Below are positions 28,640 through 38,839 of a stretch of DNA of 64,000 bases, piece by piece (position 1 is the stretch's first letter; each line of letters opens with the position of its first letter). A program made the position numbers and the translations under genes. The notes beneath the pieces were generated by a model that saw only the letters and a list, made by a program, of their open reading frames with translations, did not search any database and was not told the DNA's origin. Source of the DNA: Microcoleaceae cyanobacterium (GTDB lineage Bacteria; Cyanobacteriota; Cyanobacteriia; Cyanobacteriales; Microcoleaceae); NCBI GenBank assembly GCA_051652765.1, contig JBOFUV010000131.1:1-64000 (forward strand), in the 5' to 3' direction.

Positions 28640-30664
28640 ATGACATCAACAGGTCCAACTCGATTAACCCCAGGCCCTGATAGTTACGATCAGGATTTGC
28701 TGGCGAGTGCTCCCAGACCAGATACAATTTTGGGACTGACTGGGAATGACTCCATCCTGTCCTCAACATTGGGTGGTAGCCAAGTCGAAGGCAATGAAGA
28801 CAACGACGTTTTAGTGAGTAGAGGGCCAGATGATACCGTATTCGGGGGTGTCGGCAATGACTCCCTGAGTGCTCGAAACACAGGTACTCGCTTAGTTGGG
28901 GATGACGGGCGTGATACCCTGTCTTCTGACTTTGCAGCAACGCTGTACGGTGGTGCCGGAACAGACTTGGTTCTGGGGGCTGCGGGAAGTAATATTCTCT
29001 TCGGTAACCTGGACAACGACCAAATCTATGGTGGGGTTCAAGGCGCAGACTCTCTCTATGGTGGTAAGGGCAATGACACTTTAGGGTTTTTGAATCCTGG
29101 CGGCAGTAACAATATTGATGGTGAGTCAGTCAATTTAAGCCAAGGCAACCCCGGCCAGAACTTTGTGGCTGGGAACATTGGCAGTGACCTGATTGTTGGG
29201 ATTGGCGCTGGGGACAGCCTTTATGGTGGCCAAGACGACGACACTGTTTCTGCTTTTGGCAGTGGCACTTATGCAGCCGGTGACGTTGGGGATGACATTC
29301 TTGAAGTTGCGAACCCAACCACTACCTCCGTTGTATCTGGAACTAATGTCCAATTTGTAGGATTATTCCGGGTCACTTTACAAGGGGGAGACGGGGATGA
29401 TGAGCTAACAGGTGGCATTGGCGACTTCAACGAAGGTGGCCAAAATGTCCTGGATGGAGGTGCTGGAAATGACATCATCACCGGTATTGCAAGTCTCGAT
29501 TCTCTTTTGGGGGGAGCGGGAGATGACTTTATCACCACTGAGACTATTACTGGAGTCTTGGTAAGCCCTGGAGTACTATCAGATGCCGTTGCATCCGTCC
29601 TTTTTGGGGAAAACACCCTAGAGGGTGGGGATGGCAATGATACGATTCTTGCTGCTTCTCAGGACGACCTGATGTTAGGGGGTGCTGGAGATGATAGTTT
29701 GGCTGGCCCCTTCAAGGTGATGGATGGAGGTGACGGAGATGACACGTTAGCTGGAAACCTGTTCACCCTCACAGATGTCACTACTCGCTTTGAAGTGAAT
29801 CTTAATGGAGGCGATGGCGATGACTTCATCCGAGGCGCTTTTGTTACTGCTGGAGGAACCCTGGTTAATGTCCTAGATGGCGGCCTCGGCAACGACACTC
29901 TGATTCTGAATACAACTAACGATAAGTTAGTGGGTGTTCTGGATGGAAACGACAGCATTGTTGCCGGGGGTCTAGCTCCTGCAGGTGTCTTTGAACTGTT
30001 GGATACTTTGGGTAACAACACCCTGGTCGGTAGTAATGGCGATGACAGCCTCCGCACTGGAGATGGATCTGACTTCCTTCAGGGAGGAACCGTCGTTGCA
30101 GCCTCCGGTACGATTCCAGGAATTCTGGAGTCTATTGGGGCTGGAGATGACACTCTGGTTTCAGGGGCAGGTAACGACTATCTGTTTGGCGGTACAGGGA
30201 CTGACTTCCTGATTGCTGAAGCTGGTGATGACACTCTACAAGGAGGCTACAACTCCTCAGCGGGTGGAGATGTGCTAACCGGTGGTGAAGGATCTGATCG
30301 CTTCTTCTATCAATTTGCTGGGGAAGTTGAAGGTGCTCCTCAAGCTCTAGCAAGCCTATCCGACCTGATTACTGACTTTGACGATAGCACAGACACTATT
30401 GTTTTCAGTCGATCTGGGTTTGGGTTTGATGGCAGTGGCAGTGAACTCTCCGACGAGCAGTTTGTGCTGGTTGGTAGTGGGTTCTACTCTAATGCTAGTG
30501 CTGGAAGTTTCACGGGTGAGTTGTTGGCCTACGAACGTCAAACCGGATTCCTGTTGTACGACAATGATGGCGTAAATCCAAATCCAGCAACTGTTGTGGC
30601 CCGCTATGAAAGAGATGGCAACAGCTTCCCGATCATCACTGAGAACGACATCACTATTATCTAG
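28640..30664 (+). CDS. RTX/hemolysin-type calcium-binding secreted surface protein
   Basis: Many GGxGxD nonapeptide repeats, very acidic, no Sec signal, C-terminal DLITDF...GFLLYDNDG...DITII (type I secretion-like); GGAGGAG RBS. Confidence 0.88.
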   Translation: MTSTGPTRLTPGPDSYDQDLLASAPRPDTILGLTGNDSILSSTLGGSQVEGNEDNDVLVSRGPDDTVFGGVGNDSLSARNTGTRLVGDDGRDTLSSDFAATLYGGAGTDLVLGAAGSNILFGNLDNDQIYGGVQGADSLYGGKGNDTLGFLNPGGSNNIDGESVNLSQGNPGQNFVAGNIGSDLIVGIGAGDSLYGGQDDDTVSAFGSGTYAAGDVGDDILEVANPTTTSVVSGTNVQFVGLFRVTLQGGDGDDELTGGIGDFNEGGQNVLDGGAGNDIITGIASLDSLLGGAGDDFITTETITGVLVSPGVLSDAVASVLFGENTLEGGDGNDTILAASQDDLMLGGAGDDSLAGPFKVMDGGDGDDTLAGNLFTLTDVTTRFEVNLNGGDGDDFIRGAFVTAGGTLVNVLDGGLGNDTLILNTTNDKLVGVLDGNDSIVAGGLAPAGVFELLDTLGNNTLVGSNGDDSLRTGDGSDFLQGGTVVAASGTIPGILESIGAGDDTLVSGAGNDYLFGGTGTDFLIAEAGDDTLQGGYNSSAGGDVLTGGEGSDRFFYQFAGEVEGAPQALASLSDLITDFDDSTDTIVFSRSGFGFDGSGSELSDEQFVLVGSGFYSNASAGSFTGELLAYERQTGFLLYDNDGVNPNPATVVARYERDGNSFPIITENDITII

Positions 30665-30766
30665 GGACGTTCATCCCCCATCTGGACTCCTCTTGGAGTG
30701 AGCCGTTGGGACTCAGTTAGGGAAGTTAGATATTTCTCCTGAGTTGATACCTGAGTTAATAAAAAT

Positions 30767-30798
30767 AGGCCGAGGCAGAACTGCCTCGGCTTTTTCTT
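30767..30798. terminator. Rho-independent (probably bidirectional) terminator
   Basis: GCCGAGGCAG-AA-CTGCCTCGGC followed by a T-run and preceded by an A-run, between convergent genes. Confidence 0.75.
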
Positions 30799-30828
30799 GT
30801 GCTAGAAACTCTCTGGGCTTTGAAGCTT

Positions 30829-31920
30829 TTAGAGTGGAGACAGGCTCCTCATTGCTTTGTTGGCGATATCGGCATAGCGAAGCTCACCACACAAAATCTG
30901 GCTGAGCAAACGGGTTGCAGCCGGAACTTTTACTCCAGCTCGATAGCCCACCCCAGGGAACCGATAAAACAGACCCGCCAATCGTCCGGCCCAAACCATG
31001 TCTGCTCCCCATTCCTGGTGCATGGTCTGGGTATAGCGTTCTAAAGCATTGCCGACTTCCCCCAAGGCTTGATCAATAGCTTCCGCAGCTTTCACGCCAC
31101 TCAGAATAGAAGGACGAATCCCTTCTCCAGAGAGGGGATCTGCCAAACTCGCAGCTTCACCGGCAATCACAGCATTCTGAGTGTGCAAGGGTTCATTCCC
31201 ATCCCATAATCGCAGGGGATGTTCGTAAACTGGACTATTGCCAGAAAGTCCAGCTTTTTCGGTGTACTGGGCGAGATCCTGCCTCAGATTTTTGGGTTCG
31301 CCGCCTCGAAAGGTGGCAATACTGAGAGAATAGCCATCGGCCTTGGGAAATCCCCAAATGTTGCCATTTTTGACCATGCCGAATTCAAACATCGGCATCT
31401 GGTTCTGATTACTAGTCAACTCCATGACCAAGCTCTGGCGGGGTTTGGACTGTTTTAGCTTTAACCATTGAGCGGTTTGTCCGGTGGCCCCATCTGCGCC
31501 AATCAAATACCGACCAACAACAGGGCCTGTTTGCGTATTAACTTGCCAGGTGTCTCCTTTAAAGGCAATTCCTGTCACTTCAGTTTGATCCCTCAGCTCA
31601 GCACCTTGATTCTGGGCCTGTTGCATCAGAAACTGGTCGAAAATATCCCGCCGTACCATCCACATGGGCTTGGCAATTGTCCCTTCAACTGGATCTCCAA
31701 GCTTCCAGGTGTACCGAATCTTCTCAACGGTTGTAGAAATTGCAGGCGTGAAATCAAAGTCAAACCATTGGGCGATCGCTGGGGAAACACCTCCCCCACA
31801 GGGCTTTTTACGAGGCCAAGATGCCTTTTCCAGCACAAGAACAGAACGCCCCCGCTTAGCCAGATGGTAAGCGGCAGTTCCCCCTGCGGGGCCAGCACCG
31901 ATAATAATGCAATCGAACAT
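30829..31920 (-). CDS. Geranylgeranyl reductase family protein
   Basis: IIGAGPAG, PRKKPCGGG, GADG, GEAASLADPLSGEGIRP. Confidence 0.85.
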   Translation of the reverse strand: MFDCIIIGAGPAGGTAAYHLAKRGRSVLVLEKASWPRKKPCGGGVSPAIAQWFDFDFTPAISTTVEKIRYTWKLGDPVEGTIAKPMWMVRRDIFDQFLMQQAQNQGAELRDQTEVTGIAFKGDTWQVNTQTGPVVGRYLIGADGATGQTAQWLKLKQSKPRQSLVMELTSNQNQMPMFEFGMVKNGNIWGFPKADGYSLSIATFRGGEPKNLRQDLAQYTEKAGLSGNSPVYEHPLRLWDGNEPLHTQNAVIAGEAASLADPLSGEGIRPSILSGVKAAEAIDQALGEVGNALERYTQTMHQEWGADMVWAGRLAGLFYRFPGVGYRAGVKVPAATRLLSQILCGELRYADIANKAMRSLSPL

Positions 31921-32377
31921 GCTTGTATGTTTGGTTAATCTTAAGTGGGTTCAGACGTCTGAGAGAGCAGATGTAAAAGGGAGTCTAACTCAAGCCTAGA
32001 AGATCTTCCTAAGCAGTGTTAATTCTCCTCAGTGCCCTTTAGATAGGGAGAAGTGTCAAAGTGACCCCTTCCTAGGAGTATTTCCAGAAGTGTTTCTAGA
32101 CGCACCAACGGCTTTTTGAGAAGTCGGGAACTTTAGGAGAGTCGCTAATGGGTAAAGACTTCATTGCATGGGCAACCTCTTAGACTACCTCTAGAACTGA
32201 AGACAATCGAAAAATCGAGACTAGAGAACGAATGTCCGAGCCTTAGTTTTCCTTTGCTACGATTCTAACCTCTGACTAATTCTCTGTCCTTATTCACACC
32301 GCTTTAGCCAATAAAATTAATTCAAACTCCCCCTTAAAAAGGGAGAATTTGGGGATCAAGCTAAACTTTCTCTTGAG

Positions 32378-32926
32378 TTAAACCGTCAGGATATCCTTCT
32401 CTTTCTCTGTGAACAGTTCGTCGATTTTTACAGTGTACTTATCAGTCAATTTTTGAACCTGATCTTGTAAATCACGGCATTCATCCTCAGAAACTTCTTT
32501 GCTTTTCTCCTGTTTCCGCACTGAATCCACTGCATCCCGACGGACATTTCGCACCGCAACTTTCCCTTCCTCGGCACACTTATTGGCAACTTTAACCAGT
32601 TCTTTCCGGCGATCGCTGGTGAGGGGAGGAATATTGAGCCGAATGATCGACCCATCATTACTCGGAGTCAATCCAATATCAGACAGAGAGATGGCTTTCT
32701 CGATCAGACTAACACTATTGCGATCAAAGGGTTGAATCGTAATGGTTGAAGCATCAGGGGTACTAATACTCGCCAGGGATTTCAGGGGAGTCGGCGCTCC
32801 ATAGTATTCAACAACAATCCGATCCAACAAGGACGTACTGGCCCGTCCTGTACGAATTGTATTAAACGATCGTTGAGTTGCTTCAATCGCTTTTTGCATC
32901 AAGGATTCAACTTCAGCTAACTTCAC
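32378..32926 (-). CDS. frr: Ribosome recycling factor
   Basis: [32 protein letters not shown]. Confidence 0.97.
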   Translation of the reverse strand: MKLAEVESLMQKAIEATQRSFNTIRTGRASTSLLDRIVVEYYGAPTPLKSLASISTPDASTITIQPFDRNSVSLIEKAISLSDIGLTPSNDGSIIRLNIPPLTSDRRKELVKVANKCAEEGKVAVRNVRRDAVDSVRKQEKSKEVSEDECRDLQDQVQKLTDKYTVKIDELFTEKEKDILTV

Positions 32927-33641
32927 ACAAACCTCCTACAAATGTTCCAACATGTTCTCCACTTACAGCACGGCCAATATTTCCCCGCACATTCAGATCA
33001 AATACAATAATCGGAATGTTGTTCTCTTTGCAAAGGGCTATGGCAGTGCTATCCATAACCCGTAAGTCATGATTCAGGACGTGAACGTAGGTTAACGTGT
33101 TGTAGCGTCGTGCCTGAGGATGAAGTTTAGGATCTGCATCATAGATTCCGTCAACCTTAGTCGCCTTGAAAATAACTTCGGCATCGATTTCTGCTGCCCG
33201 CAGTGCGGCTGTCGTATCGGTTGTAAAAAAAGGATTGCCTGAACCCGCACCAAAAATCACCACGCGGTTTAGTTCTAGGTGACGGATGGCCTTGCGGCGA
33301 ATATAGGGCTCTGCAATTTCTTGCATGGCGATCGCCGTTTGGACTCGAGTCGGTACTCCAATTTGTTCTAGAGAATCTTGCAGCGTGATGGCATTCATCA
33401 CGGTTGCAATCATGCCAACATAGTCTGCTGTAGCCCGATCCATGCCAGCAGAAGCAGCTTTCATGCCTCGAAAAATATTCCCTCCCCCGACCACAATTGC
33501 AACTTGAACGCCCTCTGCAACAACCTCTGCAATTTCTTGGGCGATGTCCTGAACAACACCGGGGTCAATTCCGTAACCCAAATCGCCCATTAGGGCTTCC
33601 CCACTCAGTTTGAGCAAAATCCGCCGATATGCTTGGCCCAT
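32913..33641 (-). CDS. pyrH: UMP kinase
   Basis: [32 protein letters not shown]. Confidence 0.97.
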   Translation of the reverse strand: MGQAYRRILLKLSGEALMGDLGYGIDPGVVQDIAQEIAEVVAEGVQVAIVVGGGNIFRGMKAASAGMDRATADYVGMIATVMNAITLQDSLEQIGVPTRVQTAIAMQEIAEPYIRRKAIRHLELNRVVIFGAGSGNPFFTTDTTAALRAAEIDAEVIFKATKVDGIYDADPKLHPQARRYNTLTYVHVLNHDLRVMDSTAIALCKENNIPIIVFDLNVRGNIGRAVSGEHVGTFVGGLCEVS

Positions 33642-33843
33642 GTTTACCCCCTTACCTTGGTTGGCCCGGAGTGTTGAGCTTGAACCCTGTCATCATCGAA
33701 GTTCTCGGAAGTCTGCACCTCTTGAGCAGGTCTAGTCGTGCCAGGACTGGGGTAATCATAAAAAATATGTTGGAAGTGTATGTTGGGCTGTATGTTGGAA
33801 CTAAACAAAAAGTAAACCGCAAAAACCACAGACTAGAGGGATT

Positions 33844-34380
33844 TCATCGCCATTTAATGCGATCCCCCACTGCACAGGTGATGGTAGGTTCCAGAGGCTT
33901 GCCCTGAAATAACTGATCAATGGCCAGTCTTAAATAGGGAGCGTTAATAGATTCAGGGAGTTCAGAGCTATCATCAATTTTGCCTCGATAGCGGAGAACG
34001 CTTTCGTGATCAAGGAGAAAGGCTTCTGGAAGGATTTCAGCACCAAAACAGAGGGCGACATCTTGAGTGACATCTCGAATATAAGGAAAATTCAGGTTGT
34101 GAGTGGAGGCGAAAGCTTTCATACTCTCAAAGTCATCCCCTGGGGATTGAGCGGTATCATTCGGATTAATCCCTACTAATCTTACGCCTTGAGATGCATA
34201 GTCGCGCTGAATCTGCTTGAGCCGCTCCAAGTACGAACGCACAGAGGAAGACTGGTTAGACATAAAAACCACCACAATCACCCTGTACTTTTCTAAGTAC
34301 CGAGCTAAGTGATGTACCTCACCGTCAACTCCAGGCAGCTCAAAGTCAGGAGCATAACTGTTAATTGGAGTTCCCTTCAT
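33844..34380 (-). CDS. Thioredoxin/AhpC-TSA (PRX_like1) family protein, CxxC absent
   Basis: APDFELPGVDG, INPND...DDFESMK, LNFPYIRDVTQDVA, RYRGKIDD, IKWR; MSNQSSSV at the usual CNHCP site. Confidence 0.85.
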   Translation of the reverse strand: MKGTPINSYAPDFELPGVDGEVHHLARYLEKYRVIVVVFMSNQSSSVRSYLERLKQIQRDYASQGVRLVGINPNDTAQSPGDDFESMKAFASTHNLNFPYIRDVTQDVALCFGAEILPEAFLLDHESVLRYRGKIDDSSELPESINAPYLRLAIDQLFQGKPLEPTITCAVGDRIKWR

Positions 34381-34671
34381 GTTGAGTGTCAATGGCTTAA
34401 CTTTGAACCACTATTCGAACTACTACAATCTGAAACACCACAAAGGAAGTTGGTTTGGGAGACAGCCAACTGAAAATTCCTTACACTACTCTAACCTAAG
34501 AACCGTCTAATCCAGTAACAAATCTGTTGGGTTTCTCGCTCAAGTCAAGGGTTCAATTCAGCTAGGCCAACTCAAAATAGAGTAACATTCCTGTGCCCTC
34601 TTAAACTTTTATTCTGTCCGTGAACATCGGATGAACGGCCCAGATCATGAATTGCTCAGACTTCAAATTTC

Positions 34672-35589
34672 CTATTCTCTGAACCAGTTCTGGGCCAGAG
34701 CCTGATAGCCGATGAGTTTGTAAACGAGCTTGGCCGCAGTAAACTCTGAAACTACGGAATCTTGAACTGGAGCCAGTTCCATCACATCACAGCCAATCAC
34801 CTGATGGGTTGTAAATAACTGTTTGAGAAAGGCAAGCAGAGCGTACCAATGAAGTCCTCCCGGTTCAGGAGTCCCGACTCCCGGCATTAAGCTCGGATCA
34901 ATCCCATCTAGATCAATGGTGAGAAAGACCTCATTGGTGGGAATATTAGCGATCGCCGCTTGACTCCAGTCAGGATGAGTTGCCATCTCTCTGGCCCAAA
35001 TCACCGCAAGCTGCTTCTCTTTAATTAAAGTTGCTTCCTCTTGACACAGACTGCGAATCCCAATCTGAACCGTTGGCAATCCCATCTCAACCACGCGCCG
35101 CATCACGCAGGCATGGTTGTGGATTGACCCTTCGTACTCGTGACGCAGGTCGCCATGGGCATCAATTTGAACCACCGTAAAGGGTTTATCCAGAAGTTGC
35201 CGATAGGCTGCCACCACACCTGCGGTAATACTGTGTTCCCCACCCAGGGCAATCACAAATTTTCCGGCGGTTGCCAAATCAAACACAGCTTGCTGAGTGC
35301 TTCGTAACATTTCTTCAGCAGAAACGAACCCACGACGAGTGTCGGCGACGGGAGAATGGGTGTAAATTCCCACTGCTTCTCCCACCTCTCGATCCAGTTC
35401 ATCATCGTAGCATTCTAATTGTTGAGAGGCTTCTAGGATGGCTGCAGGGCCATGCTGACACCCTTGCCGGTAAGTTGTTGTCGCTTCATAAGGAATCGGC
35501 AGAATTGCAACCTGGGCTGTCTCAAACTCCGGGGTAATCTCAGAACCCAGAAAATCTAATGTTGATGCCGAGGTAGGGGTCGTGATCAT
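34672..35589 (-). CDS. speB: Agmatinase
   Basis: GGEHSIT, DAHGD, IDLDGIDPS, GTPEPGG, DVMELAP. Confidence 0.92.
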   Translation of the reverse strand: MITTPTSASTLDFLGSEITPEFETAQVAILPIPYEATTTYRQGCQHGPAAILEASQQLECYDDELDREVGEAVGIYTHSPVADTRRGFVSAEEMLRSTQQAVFDLATAGKFVIALGGEHSITAGVVAAYRQLLDKPFTVVQIDAHGDLRHEYEGSIHNHACVMRRVVEMGLPTVQIGIRSLCQEEATLIKEKQLAVIWAREMATHPDWSQAAIANIPTNEVFLTIDLDGIDPSLMPGVGTPEPGGLHWYALLAFLKQLFTTHQVIGCDVMELAPVQDSVVSEFTAAKLVYKLIGYQALAQNWFRE

Positions 35590-35694
35590 AGGACTTAGGG
35601 TAAATCAAACGGTTTAAAGGGGTTTGGTCGGTGTTTGTTGGAGTCTGTCCAGTCAGTTGAATAGATTAGTAGACAGGGGCATTGAGTATTTTTG

Positions 35695-36279
35695 TTACCA
35701 ACCCAATACAGAATAGAAAGCCGACTCCTCAAGTTCCGGTTGACTCCCTGGATCTTCTGTCGTTAGCCGAATTTCAGTGCAAAAAGTAGACGTGTTAAAG
35801 CCACCAAATCGCTTCACTGCACTGGTACGCATCCTCACATCGGCACTAGCAAACCAGAAGCGCTCGATAGAACTCATGGTCTCGTATTCTGTAACTAGCA
35901 TCAAGCCATCTTCATCATCCATTTCAAATTGACCCACAACCGGAACGATCTCAGCGTAGCCCCGCTCTCGTAACATTCGGCCTTTTCGAGGGTTGTCCGA
36001 ATCAGGCACGATTGCAAATATCGTTGATCCCTGATGATTTTCATCTTCTTTATCCCAAGCCATTTCGCCATTCCAAGTCACATAAGCGCCTCCAGCCGCC
36101 AGAGCCGGATCAATTTCATGCATTTGACAAATTTCGACTACTTTTGGGTCATCTGCCCCTAGAGATTCAACCAAAATCTCTGAGTGACCCTTCTCAGCTT
36201 GTCTGAAGGCTAAGTGATGAGTGGTTCGCAGCGATCGCCACTTTCCCGCACTTTTTTGAAAAAACTCCATTGCATCCAT
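35695..36279 (-). CDS. cpcS: Phycobiliprotein lyase CpcS/CpeS family
   Basis: MDAMEFFQKSAGKWRS.RTTHHL, LRERGYAE, ERFWF, FCTEIR. Confidence 0.88.
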   Translation of the reverse strand: MDAMEFFQKSAGKWRSLRTTHHLAFRQAEKGHSEILVESLGADDPKVVEICQMHEIDPALAAGGAYVTWNGEMAWDKEDENHQGSTIFAIVPDSDNPRKGRMLRERGYAEIVPVVGQFEMDDEDGLMLVTEYETMSSIERFWFASADVRMRTSAVKRFGGFNTSTFCTEIRLTTEDPGSQPELEESAFYSVLGW

Positions 36280-36412
36280 AAGCTGATTTGATTCCTCAGA
36301 TAGATTTTTCCTTGATTTCATTTCTTTATGATAAAGCCAGGGTTAGTTCTGTGAACTTTTACGACAGAGATGAGTTGATAAATGTGCATTATGGACGGTT
36401 TGTCAAGCAATT

Positions 36413-36430
36413 GTTATGATAGTTTACATA
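36413..36430 (+). promoter_or_regulatory. HLR1-like (RpaB) site upstream of nblA
   Basis: GTTATGAT-AG-TTTACATA against (G/T)TTACA(T/A)(T/A)-N2 direct repeat; second half perfect, first half degenerate. Confidence 0.4.
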
Positions 36431-36499
36431 ATGAGCATAACGGTTGACAAATCTACCCTATCAACTATTAGTCCACCTCATAGACTGGAGGAGTGAGAG

Positions 36500-36667
36500 A
36501 TGAACGCACCTGGAAACCTCAGTTTGGAACAACAGTTTAAGTTGCAGATGTTACGAGATCAGGTCAAGCATCTGAGTTTGGAAGAAGCCCAAGAATACCT
36601 AGTTGAAGTTCTGAGGCAAGGAATGGTGAAAGATAACTTGCTACGCCACTGGATTAAGAGTTCTTAA
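36500..36667 (+). CDS. nblA: Phycobilisome degradation protein NblA (not in ORF track)
   Basis: Manual translation: MNAPGNLSLEQQFKLQMLRDQVKHLSLEEAQEYLVEVLRQGMVKDNLLRHWIKSS (55 aa) with LSLEQQF motif; GGAGGAG RBS. Confidence 0.93.
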   Translation: MNAPGNLSLEQQFKLQMLRDQVKHLSLEEAQEYLVEVLRQGMVKDNLLRHWIKSS

Positions 36668-36804
36668 CAAAATTAGCATGTACTCAATGGGTACTGAAAG
36701 TGTTCGCAGCAATTTCTAGGCAGTTAAAGCACAAAAGCAAGTGAGTAAGAACTAATTTGGCTCTTACTCACTCTCTATACAGAAATTTGTTCCGAATCGG
36801 AGAT

Positions 36805-37638
36805 TTAACCAAATCGACCGCTAACGTACTGTTGTGTGGCCTCTTCCTTCGGGTTTTGGAAGATGGTTTGAGTCTCATCAAACTCAACAAGATACCCAAA
36901 TCGCTTGCTACCGCTCTCAGCCTTCGCGTTGTAGAACGCCGTCATGTCAGCGACCCGAGTGGCTTGCTGCATGTTGTGGGTCACGATAATGATGGTGTAT
37001 TTTTCCTTCAACTCGTGAATCAGCTCTTCAACCGCTAGGGTAGAAATTGGGTCAAGGGAAGCACAAGGTTCATCCATTAACACGACATCTGGTTCAACAG
37101 AAATCGTGCGAGCAATACATAGCCGTTGTTGCTGTCCTCCAGACAAAGCAAAACCGCTTTGACCCAGTTTGTCCTTGACTTCGTCCCAAAGAACTGCCTG
37201 ACGCAAGGAACGCTCAACGATCTCGTCCATCTCTTCTTTTGTTTTGGCCAGACCGTTGACGCGAACCCCATAGGCAATGTTGTCATAAATAGTTTTTGGG
37301 AAAGGATTCGGCTTCTGGAAAACCATCCCAATCCGCCGCCGCACTTCAACCGGATCAACATCCGGATCATAGAGGTTCTTCCCTTTGTAATAGACCTTTC
37401 CGTCCAGATGAAAAATCGGAATCAAATCGTTCAAGCGATTAAAGCACCGTAAAACAGTACTCTTACCACAACCTGAAGGGCCAATAAAGGCAGTGACCTT
37501 ATTCTTGGGAATACTCAAGGAAATCGAACGTACGGCTTTGAAGTCACCGTAGAACACATCAAGATTTTCAGTCTCCAAAGCTGGGTCAACCGCTTTGGCT
37601 GCGGGTTGCCTCGCCGGTTGATATCCGTAGTCCACCAT
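36805..37638 (-). CDS. pstB: Phosphate ABC transporter ATP-binding protein
   Basis: [37 protein letters not shown]. Confidence 0.96.
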   Translation of the reverse strand: MVDYGYQPARQPAAKAVDPALETENLDVFYGDFKAVRSISLSIPKNKVTAFIGPSGCGKSTVLRCFNRLNDLIPIFHLDGKVYYKGKNLYDPDVDPVEVRRRIGMVFQKPNPFPKTIYDNIAYGVRVNGLAKTKEEMDEIVERSLRQAVLWDEVKDKLGQSGFALSGGQQQRLCIARTISVEPDVVLMDEPCASLDPISTLAVEELIHELKEKYTIIIVTHNMQQATRVADMTAFYNAKAESGSKRFGYLVEFDETQTIFQNPKEEATQQYVSGRFG

Positions 37639-37899
37639 AATAACTTAACTCCCAATAAATTTTATCTACCCCATACTTGGGTTACATTTGCCTTGTTTCC
37701 AGCCCACCCCTGTTATACCAGACCCGCCCAGATTGTATACGTATCTAGCAAACCCATTCCTTGCAACAGCCCCGACAAGAATAATTTCTCCAGGAGCGCT
37801 GCTTTGATCAAACAGCAGTCAATACGAGAATAATTGAACTAGAGACAGATACAAGCTGAGCCGAATTGGATGCCTGTCAGCAGACAATTAAAATTGCTT

Positions 37900-38793
37900 T
37901 TAAAACTGCTTTTGACGAGTTGCCCAGCGAGCCAGAATGCTTGTCAACAATACCAAGAGCAACAAAACCAGAGACGCTGCCCAGGCAAACTCTTGCAACA
38001 CTCTATCAAATCCTCTAGCAAACTCATACACTAAAAAAGACAGAGAAGGTAGAGTTTGGGACAACGGACTGGGATTAGGCCAGTTATTGGTATAGATGAC
38101 CGTAAATAGCAAAGGAGCAGTTTCCCCTGCCGCACGGGCAATCCCTAAAGTCACCCCAGTTAAAATTGCAGGCAATGCTGCAGGAAGAACGACTTGAAGG
38201 GCCGTTTGATAATTGGAAGATCCTAAACCAACAGAAGCCGAACGAATATCCTGAGGGACAATCTTCAGCGCTTCATCCGTTGTTCGGACAATCGTTGGCA
38301 ACATCAGAACTGCAAGAGCGATCCCCCCAGCAAGTACAGAAAATTGCCCCATATTAAGAACCACCAAGCTGTAAACAAAAACCCCGGCGATGATCGAAGG
38401 CACACCACTCAGAACGTTCGTTGCAAAACTAATCGTCCCCTTAACTCTATCAGAAGCAAACTCTGAGACAAAGATAGCCGCTAAAACTCCAAAGGGGACA
38501 GCAAGTAAAGCGGCCAGAGAGACCACCTGAATCGTCCCCAGAATAGCACTGGCGATTCCTCCAGAGGTTTGACCCGCAGTCGGAGGCAACTTAGTAAAAA
38601 GATCGAGATTTAACCGACCTGCTCCTTTGAACAATACATAGAGTAACACCGCAAACAAAGGAACCAGAGCAATCGCAATACAAGCCCCTGAAATCCCAGT
38701 CATCACAATGTCAAGAATATCCCGAGGACGGCTGCGATTCCGAATTAAACCCTGGACACTTGAATCACTATAGGTTTGAGAAGCGTTTGACAT
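37900..38793 (-). CDS. pstA: Phosphate ABC transporter permease PstA
   Basis: LSGVPSII, RTTDEAL, ARAAGETAPLLFT. Confidence 0.95.
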   Translation of the reverse strand: MSNASQTYSDSSVQGLIRNRSRPRDILDIVMTGISGACIAIALVPLFAVLLYVLFKGAGRLNLDLFTKLPPTAGQTSGGIASAILGTIQVVSLAALLAVPFGVLAAIFVSEFASDRVKGTISFATNVLSGVPSIIAGVFVYSLVVLNMGQFSVLAGGIALAVLMLPTIVRTTDEALKIVPQDIRSASVGLGSSNYQTALQVVLPAALPAILTGVTLGIARAAGETAPLLFTVIYTNNWPNPSPLSQTLPSLSFLVYEFARGFDRVLQEFAWAASLVLLLLVLLTSILARWATRQKQF

Positions 38794-38839
38794 AACTTTA
38801 GATCAGGATATGTAAGGTCAGAGATTGAACAACAAGAAA

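Noticed and set aside
28635..30575. Multiple short ORFs overlapping the RTX gene
   Set aside because: Shadow frames of a repetitive Gly/Asp-rich coding sequence.
33644..33829. 61-aa ORF upstream of pyrH
   Set aside because: No recognisable motif, and part of it derives from a short tandem repeat; unsupported.
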